From Minisyncoccota bacterium (lineage in GTDB: Bacteria > Patescibacteriota > Minisyncoccia > Phycocordibacterales > JABMNX01), in contig JAPHQU010000003.1 of assembly GCA_026195275.1 (NCBI GenBank), forward strand, positions 71,852 to 135,851: 64,000 nt of DNA, given 5' to 3'. The translations under genes were made by a program, and so were the position numbers. Positions within the stretch are counted from its first letter, which is position 1, and the number at the start of each line of letters is the position of its first letter. Shown here piece after piece: positions 1 to 9,585 of this stretch. The notes beneath the pieces are model-generated. The model was not told the origin of the DNA and made no database searches. It saw nothing but the letters and a program-made list of their open reading frames with translations.

Positions 1-1041
1 AATGCACTCACTAAGCGCTCAGTGCCGGCGGAGAATTTCCCTTTTTGCACCATCGACCCGTCGGTTGGTGTTGTCGCGGTGCCTGACCAGCGCCTTAATC
101 GTCTTACCGAACTCTCACACTCAAAAAAGACCATTCCAACCGCGATTGAATTTGTCGATATTGCAGGTCTTGTGAGGGGGGCCGCTGCCGGTGAGGGGCT
201 TGGCAATAAGTTCCTCTCGAATATCCGCGAAGTGGACGCGATTGCGCATGTCGTGCGTCTCTTTGAAGACGCCGATATTACCCACGTGCACGGCGGTATC
301 GAGCCGGTTGACGATATTGAGGTCATTAACCTTGAGCTTATCCTTGCTGATATGCAGACAGTCGGGAAACGACTGGAGTCTGTTGAGCGTGAATCGAAGC
401 GCGGCGAGAAGAGCGCGCTCTTTGAGCAAGGGACACTTAGAAAGATTGCACAAACACTCGAGGCGGGAGAGTTGGCACGACAGGCTGAGCTTGATGAAAA
501 AGAAGCTGAGGTAGTGAAGGGGCTTCACTTACTCACCATGAAGCCGATACTCTATGTTCTCAACAAAAAAGCGAACGCGCTTAATATTGATGAGGAAAAT
601 AATGAAAGATGGCGGTGTCTGGTGGACTTTGTCGAGCGCTCGGGTGCGCAATATGTTGTGGTGGACGCTGGTATCGAGCAAGAGCTCAAGGATGTCTCAG
701 AGGATGATCGGGCTGAGTTCTTGCGAGAGTTTGGTGTGGTTGAGGATGGTATCTCGAACTTTATTCGTGCGAGCTACACACTACTTGACCTTGTCACGTT
801 CTTCACCACCGGCGAAGACGAAACGCGAGCCTGGACAGTGAAGCGTGACAGCTCAGCACCGGAGGCGGGTGCGGCTATTCACACCGATTTTCGCGATAAG
901 TTCATTCGTGCTGATGTGGTGGCATACAACAAACTTATAGAAGCCGGATCCTATGCGTCAGCTCGTGAGAAAGGCTGGGTAGGTACTGAAGGGAAGCAGT
1001 ATATTGTCGAGGATGGCGATGTGATTGAGTTTCGCATTTAA
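1..1041 (+). CDS. ychF: Redox-regulated ATPase YchF (5' end outside window)
   Basis: Frame open from base 1 (NALTKRSVPAENFPFCTIDP); DIAGLV, GEGLGNKFL, C-terminal TGS-like GKQYIVEDGDVIEF. Confidence 0.96.
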   Translation, partial: NALTKRSVPAENFPFCTIDPSVGVVAVPDQRLNRLTELSHSKKTIPTAIEFVDIAGLVRGAAAGEGLGNKFLSNIREVDAIAHVVRLFEDADITHVHGGIEPVDDIEVINLELILADMQTVGKRLESVERESKRGEKSALFEQGTLRKIAQTLEAGELARQAELDEKEAEVVKGLHLLTMKPILYVLNKKANALNIDEENNERWRCLVDFVERSGAQYVVVDAGIEQELKDVSEDDRAEFLREFGVVEDGISNFIRASYTLLDLVTFFTTGEDETRAWTVKRDSSAPEAGAAIHTDFRDKFIRADVVAYNKLIEAGSYASAREKGWVGTEGKQYIVEDGDVIEFRI

Positions 1042-1158
1042 CAGTCTCTTCAGAATATGGATATTCTTTCTCTTCATCTGTTCGGAGAGTGATTTACGGA
1101 GTGGTGTTTTTGTTGTACGATTGGGAATATCTTTACCGGATAATAATATTTGATCATC

Positions 1159-2112
1159 ATGAATGAGACACAAGCCAAAGTGACGCCAAAAGATTTCTTT
1201 CTCTGGGTGGGAGCTATCGTCACGCTTTATATAAGTGCGGTGAGTTTACTCACGCTCATCTTCCAGTATATCGATAGGTTATTTGAGGATAAGCTTGATA
1301 CCTATGTTGATCCGTACTCTGGCGTCATTCGCTTTGCGATTGCATCTCTTATTATCATCTTTCCGCTTTACCTCTACTTCACACGGACCCTCAACAACGA
1401 CATGCGCAAAAACCCCGAGAAAAAGGAACTCTGGGTGCGTAGATGGTTGCTCTACTTCACGCTCTTTGTGGCCGGGGCGACGATTGTTGTCGACCTTATT
1501 GTGCTCATCAATACCTATCTCGGTGGTGAAGAGCTAACGATAGGATTCCTTCTTAAAATACTTTCAATCATTGTGGTGATTGGCGGTACTTTCCTCTACT
1601 ACTGGAATGACCTCAAGGGAGTGTGGGAGCACAATGAAAGTCTCTCAAAAAACGTTGGGGCTTTTGTATCGCTCTGTGTGCTCGGAGTAATTGTTTCTGG
1701 ATTCTTTATCATGGGCTCACCACAGACACAGCGTCTTATGCGCTTTGATCAGGAGCGTGTAAGGGACCTCAATTCGGTCCAGTGGCAGATCGTGAATTTC
1801 TATCAGCAAAAAGAACGTTTGCCTGAGTCTCTAAGTGAACTTGAGGATCCACTTACCGGTTTTGTCATTCCGACTGACCCGGAGACCAAGGATGCGTATG
1901 GATATATACCCGGTGACGAACTCACTTTCTCGCTCTGTGCAAACTTCAAGACTGAGAGTAGAGATTATGTTGAGTCGTCTGAGTATTCAGTGGTTCATAT
2001 TGGTCTTATGTACGATCGAGGTGACGAGTATTGGAAGCACGGAATTGGTGAGGAGTGCTTTATGCGCACCATTGATCCAGACAAATTTCCTCTTATTAAA
2101 GAGTTGCGCTAG
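1159..2112 (+). CDS. Multi-pass membrane protein (DUF5671-like N-terminus, pilin-like C-terminal domain)
   Basis: About 5 hydrophobic segments, then D..R..DL..pilin-like helix and FSLCANF motif; ATG at 1159 chosen over TTG 1150. Confidence 0.65.
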   Translation: MNETQAKVTPKDFFLWVGAIVTLYISAVSLLTLIFQYIDRLFEDKLDTYVDPYSGVIRFAIASLIIIFPLYLYFTRTLNNDMRKNPEKKELWVRRWLLYFTLFVAGATIVVDLIVLINTYLGGEELTIGFLLKILSIIVVIGGTFLYYWNDLKGVWEHNESLSKNVGAFVSLCVLGVIVSGFFIMGSPQTQRLMRFDQERVRDLNSVQWQIVNFYQQKERLPESLSELEDPLTGFVIPTDPETKDAYGYIPGDELTFSLCANFKTESRDYVESSEYSVVHIGLMYDRGDEYWKHGIGEECFMRTIDPDKFPLIKELR

Positions 2113-2121
2113 CGTTAACCC

Positions 2122-4956
2122 ATGAGAGAGTACGACCATACAGGGATAGAGAAGAAGTGGCAGAAGAAGTGGGCTGAAGACGGTCTGTATCACACCGGAG
2201 AAGATTCAAAGAAAGAGAAATGCTACGTTCTTGATATGTTCCCATACCCGTCGGGGGAAGGACTTCATGTTGGTCATCCAAAAGGATATATCGCAACTGA
2301 CGTGTACTCTCGTTTTAAGCGTATGTCCGGATGCAACACGCTTCACCCAATGGGGTGGGACGCGTTTGGTTTGCCTGCCGAGCAGTATGCTCTGAAGAAC
2401 AGAGTCCACCCTCGTGTTGCGGTAGAGAAGAACGTGGCGCGCTTTAGAGAGCAGCTCAGCAATATTGGATTCAATTATGATTGGGATAGAGAAATCAATA
2501 CCACTGACCCCGACTATTACAAATGGACACAGTGGATCTTCTTAAAATTACATGAGAAGGGTCTCGCATATGAATCGTACGAACCGATCAACTGGTGCCC
2601 TTCGTGTTTGACAGGTCTCGCGAACGAAGATCTTGAAGACGGAGCGTGCGAGCGTTGTGGGAGCGAGATTGAGAAAAAGCCGATTAGGCAGTGGGTGCTT
2701 AAGATAACTGATTATGCCGATCGTATGCTCGATGACCTCGAGCTGCTTCCCGAGTGGTCGGAGTCGGTTAAGGAGCTTCAGCGCAATTGGATCGGGCGGA
2801 GTCGGGGCGCACGGATTACTTTTAGTATTAGCGGAGGAGAGTCTGTAGATGTTTTTACAACACGCCCTGACACACTCTTTGGTGCAACATATGTGGTACT
2901 TGCGCCGGAACACGCTCTTGTTGCGAAACTTCTCGAGGACAAGGGCTCAGGAATAAAAAACCAGGAAGAGATACTTCGATATGTCGAAGTATCCGGTAAG
3001 AAGTCTGAACTTGATCGACTCGACGCAACAAAGGAGAAGACCGGGGTCAAACTGGAGGGTATTGTGGCGACCAATCCGGCAAACGGTGAAGAGGTGCCTG
3101 TTTTTATAGCCGATTACGTACTTGCCGGATATGGTACAGGTGCGATCATGGCGGTTCCTTCGCACGATGAACGTGACTTTGAATTCGCGAAGAAGTTTCG
3201 TTTGCCGATACGAGAGGTGGTCATACCAAACATCATTGACCACAGAAATCCGCCCGTTAACGGGAAGGAATCAAAGGAGCGTCAAAATGTGCATGCAATC
3301 GTGTATTACCCAAAAGAAGAGAAGTACCTTGCGTTGAAATGGAAGAAGTTTGATTGGATCACTTTCCCGATGGGCGGGGTTGAGGAGGGAGAGAGTGTTG
3401 AGGATGCTGCGCGGCGCGAGGTTGCCGAGGAGACCGGGTTCACGAACCTCAAGCTTGTAAAGGTGCTTCCAAATCGCGCGCGCGCGGAGTATTTTGCGGC
3501 CCATAAAGACGAGAATCGAATTGCATACACTTCTGCGGTCGTGTTTGAACTTATGAGCGAAGATCGCGTTCCCATAGATGAGACCGAGCAAGAACAACAC
3601 GAAATAATATGGCTCAACGAATCGATGCTCAACTACGAGAACATGACACATGCAGAGATTGGTGAATGGCAGCGGCAACTTGCCGGGGTTGAGATGTACT
3701 CCGGTCATGGTGTGCTTGTTGATTCAGGTGATTTTTCTGGCATGAACTCAGAGGAGGCAAAAGAAGCAATCACCAAAAAGGTTGGTGGTGAGATGACGGT
3801 TACGTATCGACTTCAAGACTGGGTCTTCTCGCGACAGCGATACTGGGGGGAGCCGATCCCGATTATTCATTGTGAGACGTGTGGTGCGGTCCCGGTTCCT
3901 GAAGAAGATCTTCCGGTGCTTCTTCCCGATGTTGAGCACTATGAGCCAACCGGCACAGGGGAGTCGCCACTTGCAAATATTGAAGGGTGGGTGAATACAA
4001 CCTGTCCATCGTGTGGTGGCGCGGGAACGCGCGAGACCAACACAATGCCGCAGTGGGCGGGGTCCTCTTGGTATTACTTGAGGTTTATGGACCCGCACAA
4101 TGACCATGCACTCGTAGAGAAAGGCGTGGAGAAGTACTGGGGGCAGGTCGATGTCTATGTTGGAGGGGTTGAACATGCAACACGGCACCTTATTTATGCT
4201 CGCTTTTGGCACAAGTTTCTCTACGACATTGGAGTTGTCTCAACCAAAGAGCCATTCAAGCGTCTCTACACTGTCGGTCTGATCCAGGCCGAAGATGGGA
4301 GGAAGATGAGCAAGCGATGGGGGAATGTGATCAACCCGGACGACATCGTCGAGAGAGTTGGTGCTGACACGCTTCGTGTATATGAGATGTTTATGGGGCC
4401 GTTTGGCAACTCGATCGCGTGGAGTACCGACAACACGATCGGCTCACGTCGGTTCATTGAACGCATATGGAAGCTCAAGGAAAAGATCGGTACCGGATCA
4501 GTTCCTGAGACTGTCTTCCATAAGACGATCCAGAAGGTGGGGTCTGATATTGCCACATTTAATTTCAATACTGCAATTTCGCAGATGATGATTTGTGCGA
4601 ACTGTGCTGAAGAAGAAGGACTTACTGAAGATCAATACAAGACACTTCTCGTACTCTTTGCGCCGTTTGCACCCCATGTTACTGAAGAGCTCTGGCATCA
4701 ACTTGGTGAGAAAGACTCAATACATCTCGAATCTTGGCCGCAGTATGACCAGGAGAAACTGGTCTCTGATATAGCTTCAGTGGTGGTACAGATAAACGGG
4801 AAGACACGTGGAGTGGCTGAAGTCGCTACTGGAGCTCTTGAAGCAGATGTTCTCAATCAGGTGCGAGCAGACAAAGCGTTCGCACGCTGGCTTGGGGAGG
4901 GAGAATTAAAGAAGGTCGTCTATGTCAAAGATAAGTTGATAAACTTAGTTATTTGA
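2122..4956 (+). CDS. leuS: Leucine--tRNA ligase with internal NUDIX domain insertion
   Basis: MFPYPSG..LHVGH (HIGH), FTTRPDT, GTGAIMAVP, SRQRYWGEPIP, KMSKR; NUDIX box GGVEEGESVEDAARREVAEETG. Confidence 0.97.
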   Translation: MREYDHTGIEKKWQKKWAEDGLYHTGEDSKKEKCYVLDMFPYPSGEGLHVGHPKGYIATDVYSRFKRMSGCNTLHPMGWDAFGLPAEQYALKNRVHPRVAVEKNVARFREQLSNIGFNYDWDREINTTDPDYYKWTQWIFLKLHEKGLAYESYEPINWCPSCLTGLANEDLEDGACERCGSEIEKKPIRQWVLKITDYADRMLDDLELLPEWSESVKELQRNWIGRSRGARITFSISGGESVDVFTTRPDTLFGATYVVLAPEHALVAKLLEDKGSGIKNQEEILRYVEVSGKKSELDRLDATKEKTGVKLEGIVATNPANGEEVPVFIADYVLAGYGTGAIMAVPSHDERDFEFAKKFRLPIREVVIPNIIDHRNPPVNGKESKERQNVHAIVYYPKEEKYLALKWKKFDWITFPMGGVEEGESVEDAARREVAEETGFTNLKLVKVLPNRARAEYFAAHKDENRIAYTSAVVFELMSEDRVPIDETEQEQHEIIWLNESMLNYENMTHAEIGEWQRQLAGVEMYSGHGVLVDSGDFSGMNSEEAKEAITKKVGGEMTVTYRLQDWVFSRQRYWGEPIPIIHCETCGAVPVPEEDLPVLLPDVEHYEPTGTGESPLANIEGWVNTTCPSCGGAGTRETNTMPQWAGSSWYYLRFMDPHNDHALVEKGVEKYWGQVDVYVGGVEHATRHLIYARFWHKFLYDIGVVSTKEPFKRLYTVGLIQAEDGRKMSKRWGNVINPDDIVERVGADTLRVYEMFMGPFGNSIAWSTDNTIGSRRFIERIWKLKEKIGTGSVPETVFHKTIQKVGSDIATFNFNTAISQMMICANCAEEEGLTEDQYKTLLVLFAPFAPHVTEELWHQLGEKDSIHLESWPQYDQEKLVSDIASVVVQINGKTRGVAEVATGALEADVLNQVRADKAFARWLGEGELKKVVYVKDKLINLVI

Positions 4957-5043
4957 GGACTCTTGACGCAAGACTAGACAAATGATAAAAATTAGGATAC
5001 ACTATTCCTCACATAGCAATATCAGTAATACACGGGTGGATAT

Positions 5044-6072
5044 ATGGCAAAAATCACATTTAAGCCAAAACAGGTAACACAAAAACTACTCGCGACGCTT
5101 CCTGAGCGCGCGAGGGATATTTTGATACGTCGATACGGTCTTGGAAAGAGCACGAAGAAGATGACACTCGAATCAATCGGTGAGCAGTACGGTATCACTC
5201 GAGAGCGCGTTCGCCAGATCGAGAATCACGCGCTCCAGAATATTCAAAGGTCAGATGTGTTTGAAAAATCAGAATCAGCATTCAAAGAACTTGAAATGTT
5301 GATTGATGCACTTGGTGGTGTCGTTGCGGAGGATGAACTTCTTGCGCAGATCTCAAAAGAAAAAGCTACTCAAAACCATCTCCACTTTCTCCTTGTGATT
5401 GGGACCACATTCAATAATAAAAAGGAAGATGCGGAGTTCGCACCTCGTTGGTTTGTTGATAAAGATCTGGCTGACCAGGTACACACAGCACTTAAGGATC
5501 TCTACACCAATATTTCAGACGATGATCTCATTCCCGAATCTCAGCTTATCGCGAATTTCTTGGAAAAACTTAAAGGCCTTAACGAGCAATACCGACAAGA
5601 AGAAATTCTCAAACGTTGGCTCTCACTCTCGAAGACTATCGCAAAGAATCCACTTGGTGAGTGGGGTCTTGCATCTTCGCCGAATGTCCGCGCAAAGGGT
5701 GTTCGTGATTTTGCGTATCTTGCCATCAAACATCATGGTTCACCGATGCACTTCACTGAGGTTGCTGAGGCTATCTCAGAACTCTTTAACAAAAAGGCAC
5801 ACGTAGCAACCTGCCACAATGAACTCATCAAGGACAAGCGGTTCGTGCTTGTTGGTCGCGGTCTTTATGTGCTCTCTGAGTGGGGCTACACTAGTGGTGT
5901 AGTAAAAGACGTGCTTCGCGCAATCCTCGAGAAGGATGGACCACTCACCAAAGAAGATATCCTTGACCGTATCCGCAAAGAGCGATACGTAAAAGACAAT
6001 ACCGTCTTGGTAAATCTCCAGGATTCCTCAATATTTACGAAGGATGAGGATGGGCGATATGCACTTGTCTAA
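5044..6072 (+). CDS. Sigma-70 region-4 HTH protein with C-terminal winged-helix-like domains
   Basis: LPERARDILIRRYGL..TLESIGEQYGITRERVRQIE; no sigma region 2 recognisable; FVLVGRGLYVLSEW wHTH-like motif. Confidence 0.75.
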   Translation: MAKITFKPKQVTQKLLATLPERARDILIRRYGLGKSTKKMTLESIGEQYGITRERVRQIENHALQNIQRSDVFEKSESAFKELEMLIDALGGVVAEDELLAQISKEKATQNHLHFLLVIGTTFNNKKEDAEFAPRWFVDKDLADQVHTALKDLYTNISDDDLIPESQLIANFLEKLKGLNEQYRQEEILKRWLSLSKTIAKNPLGEWGLASSPNVRAKGVRDFAYLAIKHHGSPMHFTEVAEAISELFNKKAHVATCHNELIKDKRFVLVGRGLYVLSEWGYTSGVVKDVLRAILEKDGPLTKEDILDRIRKERYVKDNTVLVNLQDSSIFTKDEDGRYALV

Positions 6073-6101
6073 GTGTGTTCAAATAATCCCTCGAAACCCA
6101 C

Positions 6102-6129
6102 AAAGAGCTGTTCTCTAGGCAGCTCTTTT
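6102..6129 (+). terminator. Intrinsic terminator
   Basis: AAAGAGCTG..CAGCTCTTTT hairpin downstream of the stop at 6072. Confidence 0.6.
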
Positions 6130-6147
6130 GCGGTATGATTTACAGTA

Positions 6148-7476
6148 ATGAGTTTCAATCCTTTTAAGATACTCGAGGATTTTGGTATCCCAACAATCGG
6201 TCTGGTGATCGCCTCTTTTTTTGTCTTACTTGGTATTGTCTACTACTGGACCCCCGCAGAGATGACCTTCACTCCTGCGGCTCGCTTGCTTCTTCTCTCT
6301 GCGCCGATCTGGGTGCCGATTATACTCAGTGTTACATTTTGGAAGATTTGGCTTGAATATATTCGTGCTAAGTTTATTAGCTCCCAGAAGCACGTGCTTC
6401 TTGAGATCAAATTGCCACGTGAAGTGGTGCGTTCTCCTCAAGCAATGGAGACCTTGCTCACCAACCTTCATATTGGGATGGGTGAGGGTACATTCATCAA
6501 CCGCTACATTGAGGGTAGGGTGCGCCCCTGGTATTCGCTTGAGATCGCCTCACTTGGTGGACGAATCCACTTCTTTATTTGGACACGTGCATTTCTCAGA
6601 GATGTAGTTGAGGCGCAGATCTACGGACAATATCCAATGGTTGAGGTACACGAAGTTGAGGATTACGCACAAAAACTTGGTTATCATCCTGATCGGTATG
6701 GTCTATGGGGGTGTGATTTCAAACTTACCGGCAAGGACGCGTATCCGATCAAGACGTACATTGATTACGGTCTTGATAAGGATCCAAAGGAGGAATATAA
6801 GATCGATCCGATGGCAGGATTCTTCGAGTTCTTGAGTCATATCGGGCCGGATGAGCAGATTTGGTTTCAGCTCATGATACGAATGAATAAAGACAAACTC
6901 CGTGAAGACCGAAAATATAAGAAAGGTGTGTTTTTTGTTGAGACCACGAGCTGGAAAGATGAGGCTAAAGAAGAAATAGAAAAGATTCGAGAGGAATCGC
7001 GCCCTGAAACCTCCGGAGATTTCCCCGGATTCCCCAACCCAACACCGGGGCAGACTGACAAGATCAAGGCGCTTGAACGGAGTGTTTCAAAACTGGGGTT
7101 TGATGCGGGTATGCGGGGTATCTACATCGCAAAGAAGGACGCGTTCAACCCATCGAACATCGCAGCTCTGACATCATCACTTAAACAACTGAACGCGAGT
7201 GATCGAAACGGTATTGCACCAACACGTTGGTTCACTGAGTTTGGCTACCCGTGGCAGGATATTTTTGGGAAGAAGCAGGAGAATTACCGCAAATGGATTA
7301 TTGATGCGTACCGTCGACGCTCGTGGTTCCATGAGCCATATAAGACACCCTGGTTTGTATTTAATACTGAGGAAATTGCAACGATCTTCCATTTCCCCGG
7401 TTCAGTTGTTCAGGCTCCGACCCTTGAGCGAATCTCATCCACGAAAGGAGAGGCGCCACCAAATCTTCCCGGTTAG
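6148..7476 (+). CDS. Conserved hypothetical membrane-anchored protein
   Basis: 442-aa ORF, 2 N-terminal TM segments; LLEIKLPRE, SLEIAS, YPIKTY, EEIATIFHFP, PPNLP motifs. Confidence 0.7.
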   Translation: MSFNPFKILEDFGIPTIGLVIASFFVLLGIVYYWTPAEMTFTPAARLLLLSAPIWVPIILSVTFWKIWLEYIRAKFISSQKHVLLEIKLPREVVRSPQAMETLLTNLHIGMGEGTFINRYIEGRVRPWYSLEIASLGGRIHFFIWTRAFLRDVVEAQIYGQYPMVEVHEVEDYAQKLGYHPDRYGLWGCDFKLTGKDAYPIKTYIDYGLDKDPKEEYKIDPMAGFFEFLSHIGPDEQIWFQLMIRMNKDKLREDRKYKKGVFFVETTSWKDEAKEEIEKIREESRPETSGDFPGFPNPTPGQTDKIKALERSVSKLGFDAGMRGIYIAKKDAFNPSNIAALTSSLKQLNASDRNGIAPTRWFTEFGYPWQDIFGKKQENYRKWIIDAYRRRSWFHEPYKTPWFVFNTEEIATIFHFPGSVVQAPTLERISSTKGEAPPNLPG

Positions 7477-7478
7477 AC

Positions 7479-8492
7479 ATGCGTGCATTTTCACAATTTC
7501 AAAGATCTTCTCTCAACGTCATCTCTTGGTGTGGTGGTTTCTTGTTTGGGACATCTGCTCGGCGCACAGCAACATCCTTGGTCCTTCTTTGTGTGTTGAT
7601 TGTCTATGTAGGGCTGATTACTGCGCCACGCAATTTTCCTTCGGGACACATTGTGACCATTGAGCGCGGTACAACCCTTGAAGGGATCGCACAGCAGTTA
7701 AAAGAGCGTGATGTCATACGTTCTCCACTCCTCTTTAGGAGTACGGTGATTCTGCTTGGTGGCGAAAAACGAGCGCATGCCGGAGACTATTTTTTCGAGA
7801 GGCCTGAAGGAGTCTTTCGGGTTGCGTACCGAATTGCACTCGGGCAGTTCGGCCTTGAACCGATTGTCGTCCGCATACCCGAAGGAGCGTCGGCAACCTT
7901 GGTTGCCGAACAACTTAGCGGGTCTCTTGACACCTTCGACGCAGATCTGTTTCTCGCATACGCACAGGCTGACGAGGGGTATCTCTTCCCCGACACGTAT
8001 CACTTCTTGCCGAACATTAGTGAGCAAGATGTATATCGCACAATGAGAGAGAATTTCAATCGGCGTATTGCCATCCTTACTGAGGAGATAGAGATGTTTG
8101 GCAAACCACTGGATGAGGTAGTTACCATGGCATCAATCATCGAGCTTGAGGGGGATGACCTTGAGACAAAGCGAAAGATCGCGAGCGCTCTCTGGAACCG
8201 TATTAAAATCGGGATGGCACTGCAAGTTGACGCTTCATTTGTCTACCTATTAGGAAAGGGGACAGCCGAGCTCTCTCTCTCGGACCTTGCGATTGACTCA
8301 CCATACAACACTTACACGAACACAGGGTTCCCACCGACACCAATTGCAAACCCGGGGCTTGATTCACTTCGCGCAGCAGTAACTCCAGCAGAGACTAATT
8401 ACCTCTACTACCTTGCCGATGAAGACGGAACAACTCATTTTAGTGAGACTTTTGAAGAACATAAATCCAAGAAAGAGCGTTACTTACCGTAG
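7479..8492 (+). CDS. mltG: Endolytic transglycosylase MltG (YceG-like)
   Basis: EGYLFPDTY, ASIIE, LQVDA, DSPYNTY, PPTPIANPG. Confidence 0.92.
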   Translation: MRAFSQFQRSSLNVISWCGGFLFGTSARRTATSLVLLCVLIVYVGLITAPRNFPSGHIVTIERGTTLEGIAQQLKERDVIRSPLLFRSTVILLGGEKRAHAGDYFFERPEGVFRVAYRIALGQFGLEPIVVRIPEGASATLVAEQLSGSLDTFDADLFLAYAQADEGYLFPDTYHFLPNISEQDVYRTMRENFNRRIAILTEEIEMFGKPLDEVVTMASIIELEGDDLETKRKIASALWNRIKIGMALQVDASFVYLLGKGTAELSLSDLAIDSPYNTYTNTGFPPTPIANPGLDSLRAAVTPAETNYLYYLADEDGTTHFSETFEEHKSKKERYLP

Positions 8493-8516
8493 AGGTATCT
8501 GTGATAGAGTAGGGGC

Positions 8517-9575
8517 ATGAAGAAAGGAAAAGGGCGAGTATTTGTCGGTGTCTCTGGGGGTGTAGACTCTTCGGTGTCTGCTGCCCTTCTCAAGAAAGCC
8601 GGATATGATGTGGTTGGTGTGTTCATTAAGGTATGGCACCCAGATTTCTTACCGTGCAATTGGGAGCGTGAGCGAATGGACGCGATGCGGGTGTGCGTAC
8701 GGCTTGGTATACCTTTCTGTACCTTCGACGCGGAAGCTGAATACAAAGAATTTGTTGCTGAGTATTTAATTCAAGAATACCGCAGAGGACGGACACCAAA
8801 CCCGGACGTGATGTGTAATAAACACGTGAAGTTTGGGAGTTTTCTTAATTTTGCGCGAGAAAGAGGAGCTGACTTTATCGCAACCGGACACTATGCGCGT
8901 GTCGATGAACGGGGTGGCTCCTATCGACTCCTTCAGGGAGTCGATAAAGAGAAAGATCAATCGTATTTCCTCTGGACACTCTCACAAGACGAACTCAAAC
9001 ACGTACGTTTTCCTATTGGTGAATATACAAAACCGGAAGTACGCAAACTTGCAAAGAAGTTCGGACTCTCGACTGCTGAGAAGAAAGATAGTCAAGGCAT
9101 TTGTTTCCTTGGCCCAGTCGATATGGAGGAATTTCTCTCACATTATATCGATACAAAACCTGGTGAGGTGATTACACAGGACGGCACGGTTGTGGGTAGA
9201 CATCATGGTGCGTTGATTTATACCATTGGGCAACGACACGGCTTCGAGATAACGGAAGCAGATACTGAGCGTAAGCCGTACTATGTGGTTGAAAAGCGTA
9301 TCCTCGACAATATACTCGTGGTCTCGCACAATCCAAACGACCCACAATTTAATAAAAAGGATGTAGTGCTTGAGAATAGTCATTGGGTCGCCGGTGCGCC
9401 GGAGGCAGGAAGGGAATACACAGCACGCTTCAGGCATCGCGGAGAGTTATACCCATGCACGGTGAAAGGAGACACCGTGAATTTCAGGGAACCGCAGAAC
9501 GGACTTGCGCGTGGTCAGTCGCTTGTCATATACGACAAGGAAGAGTGTGTTGGTGGTGGTGTGATCTCTTGGTAG
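8517..9575 (+). CDS. mnmA: tRNA 2-thiouridine(34) synthase
   Basis: SGGVDSSV, TPNPDVMCN, ATGHYAR, KDQSYFL, DSQGICF. Confidence 0.97.
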   Translation: MKKGKGRVFVGVSGGVDSSVSAALLKKAGYDVVGVFIKVWHPDFLPCNWERERMDAMRVCVRLGIPFCTFDAEAEYKEFVAEYLIQEYRRGRTPNPDVMCNKHVKFGSFLNFARERGADFIATGHYARVDERGGSYRLLQGVDKEKDQSYFLWTLSQDELKHVRFPIGEYTKPEVRKLAKKFGLSTAEKKDSQGICFLGPVDMEEFLSHYIDTKPGEVITQDGTVVGRHHGALIYTIGQRHGFEITEADTERKPYYVVEKRILDNILVVSHNPNDPQFNKKDVVLENSHWVAGAPEAGREYTARFRHRGELYPCTVKGDTVNFREPQNGLARGQSLVIYDKEECVGGGVISW

Positions 9576-9585
9576 ACTAAAAACA

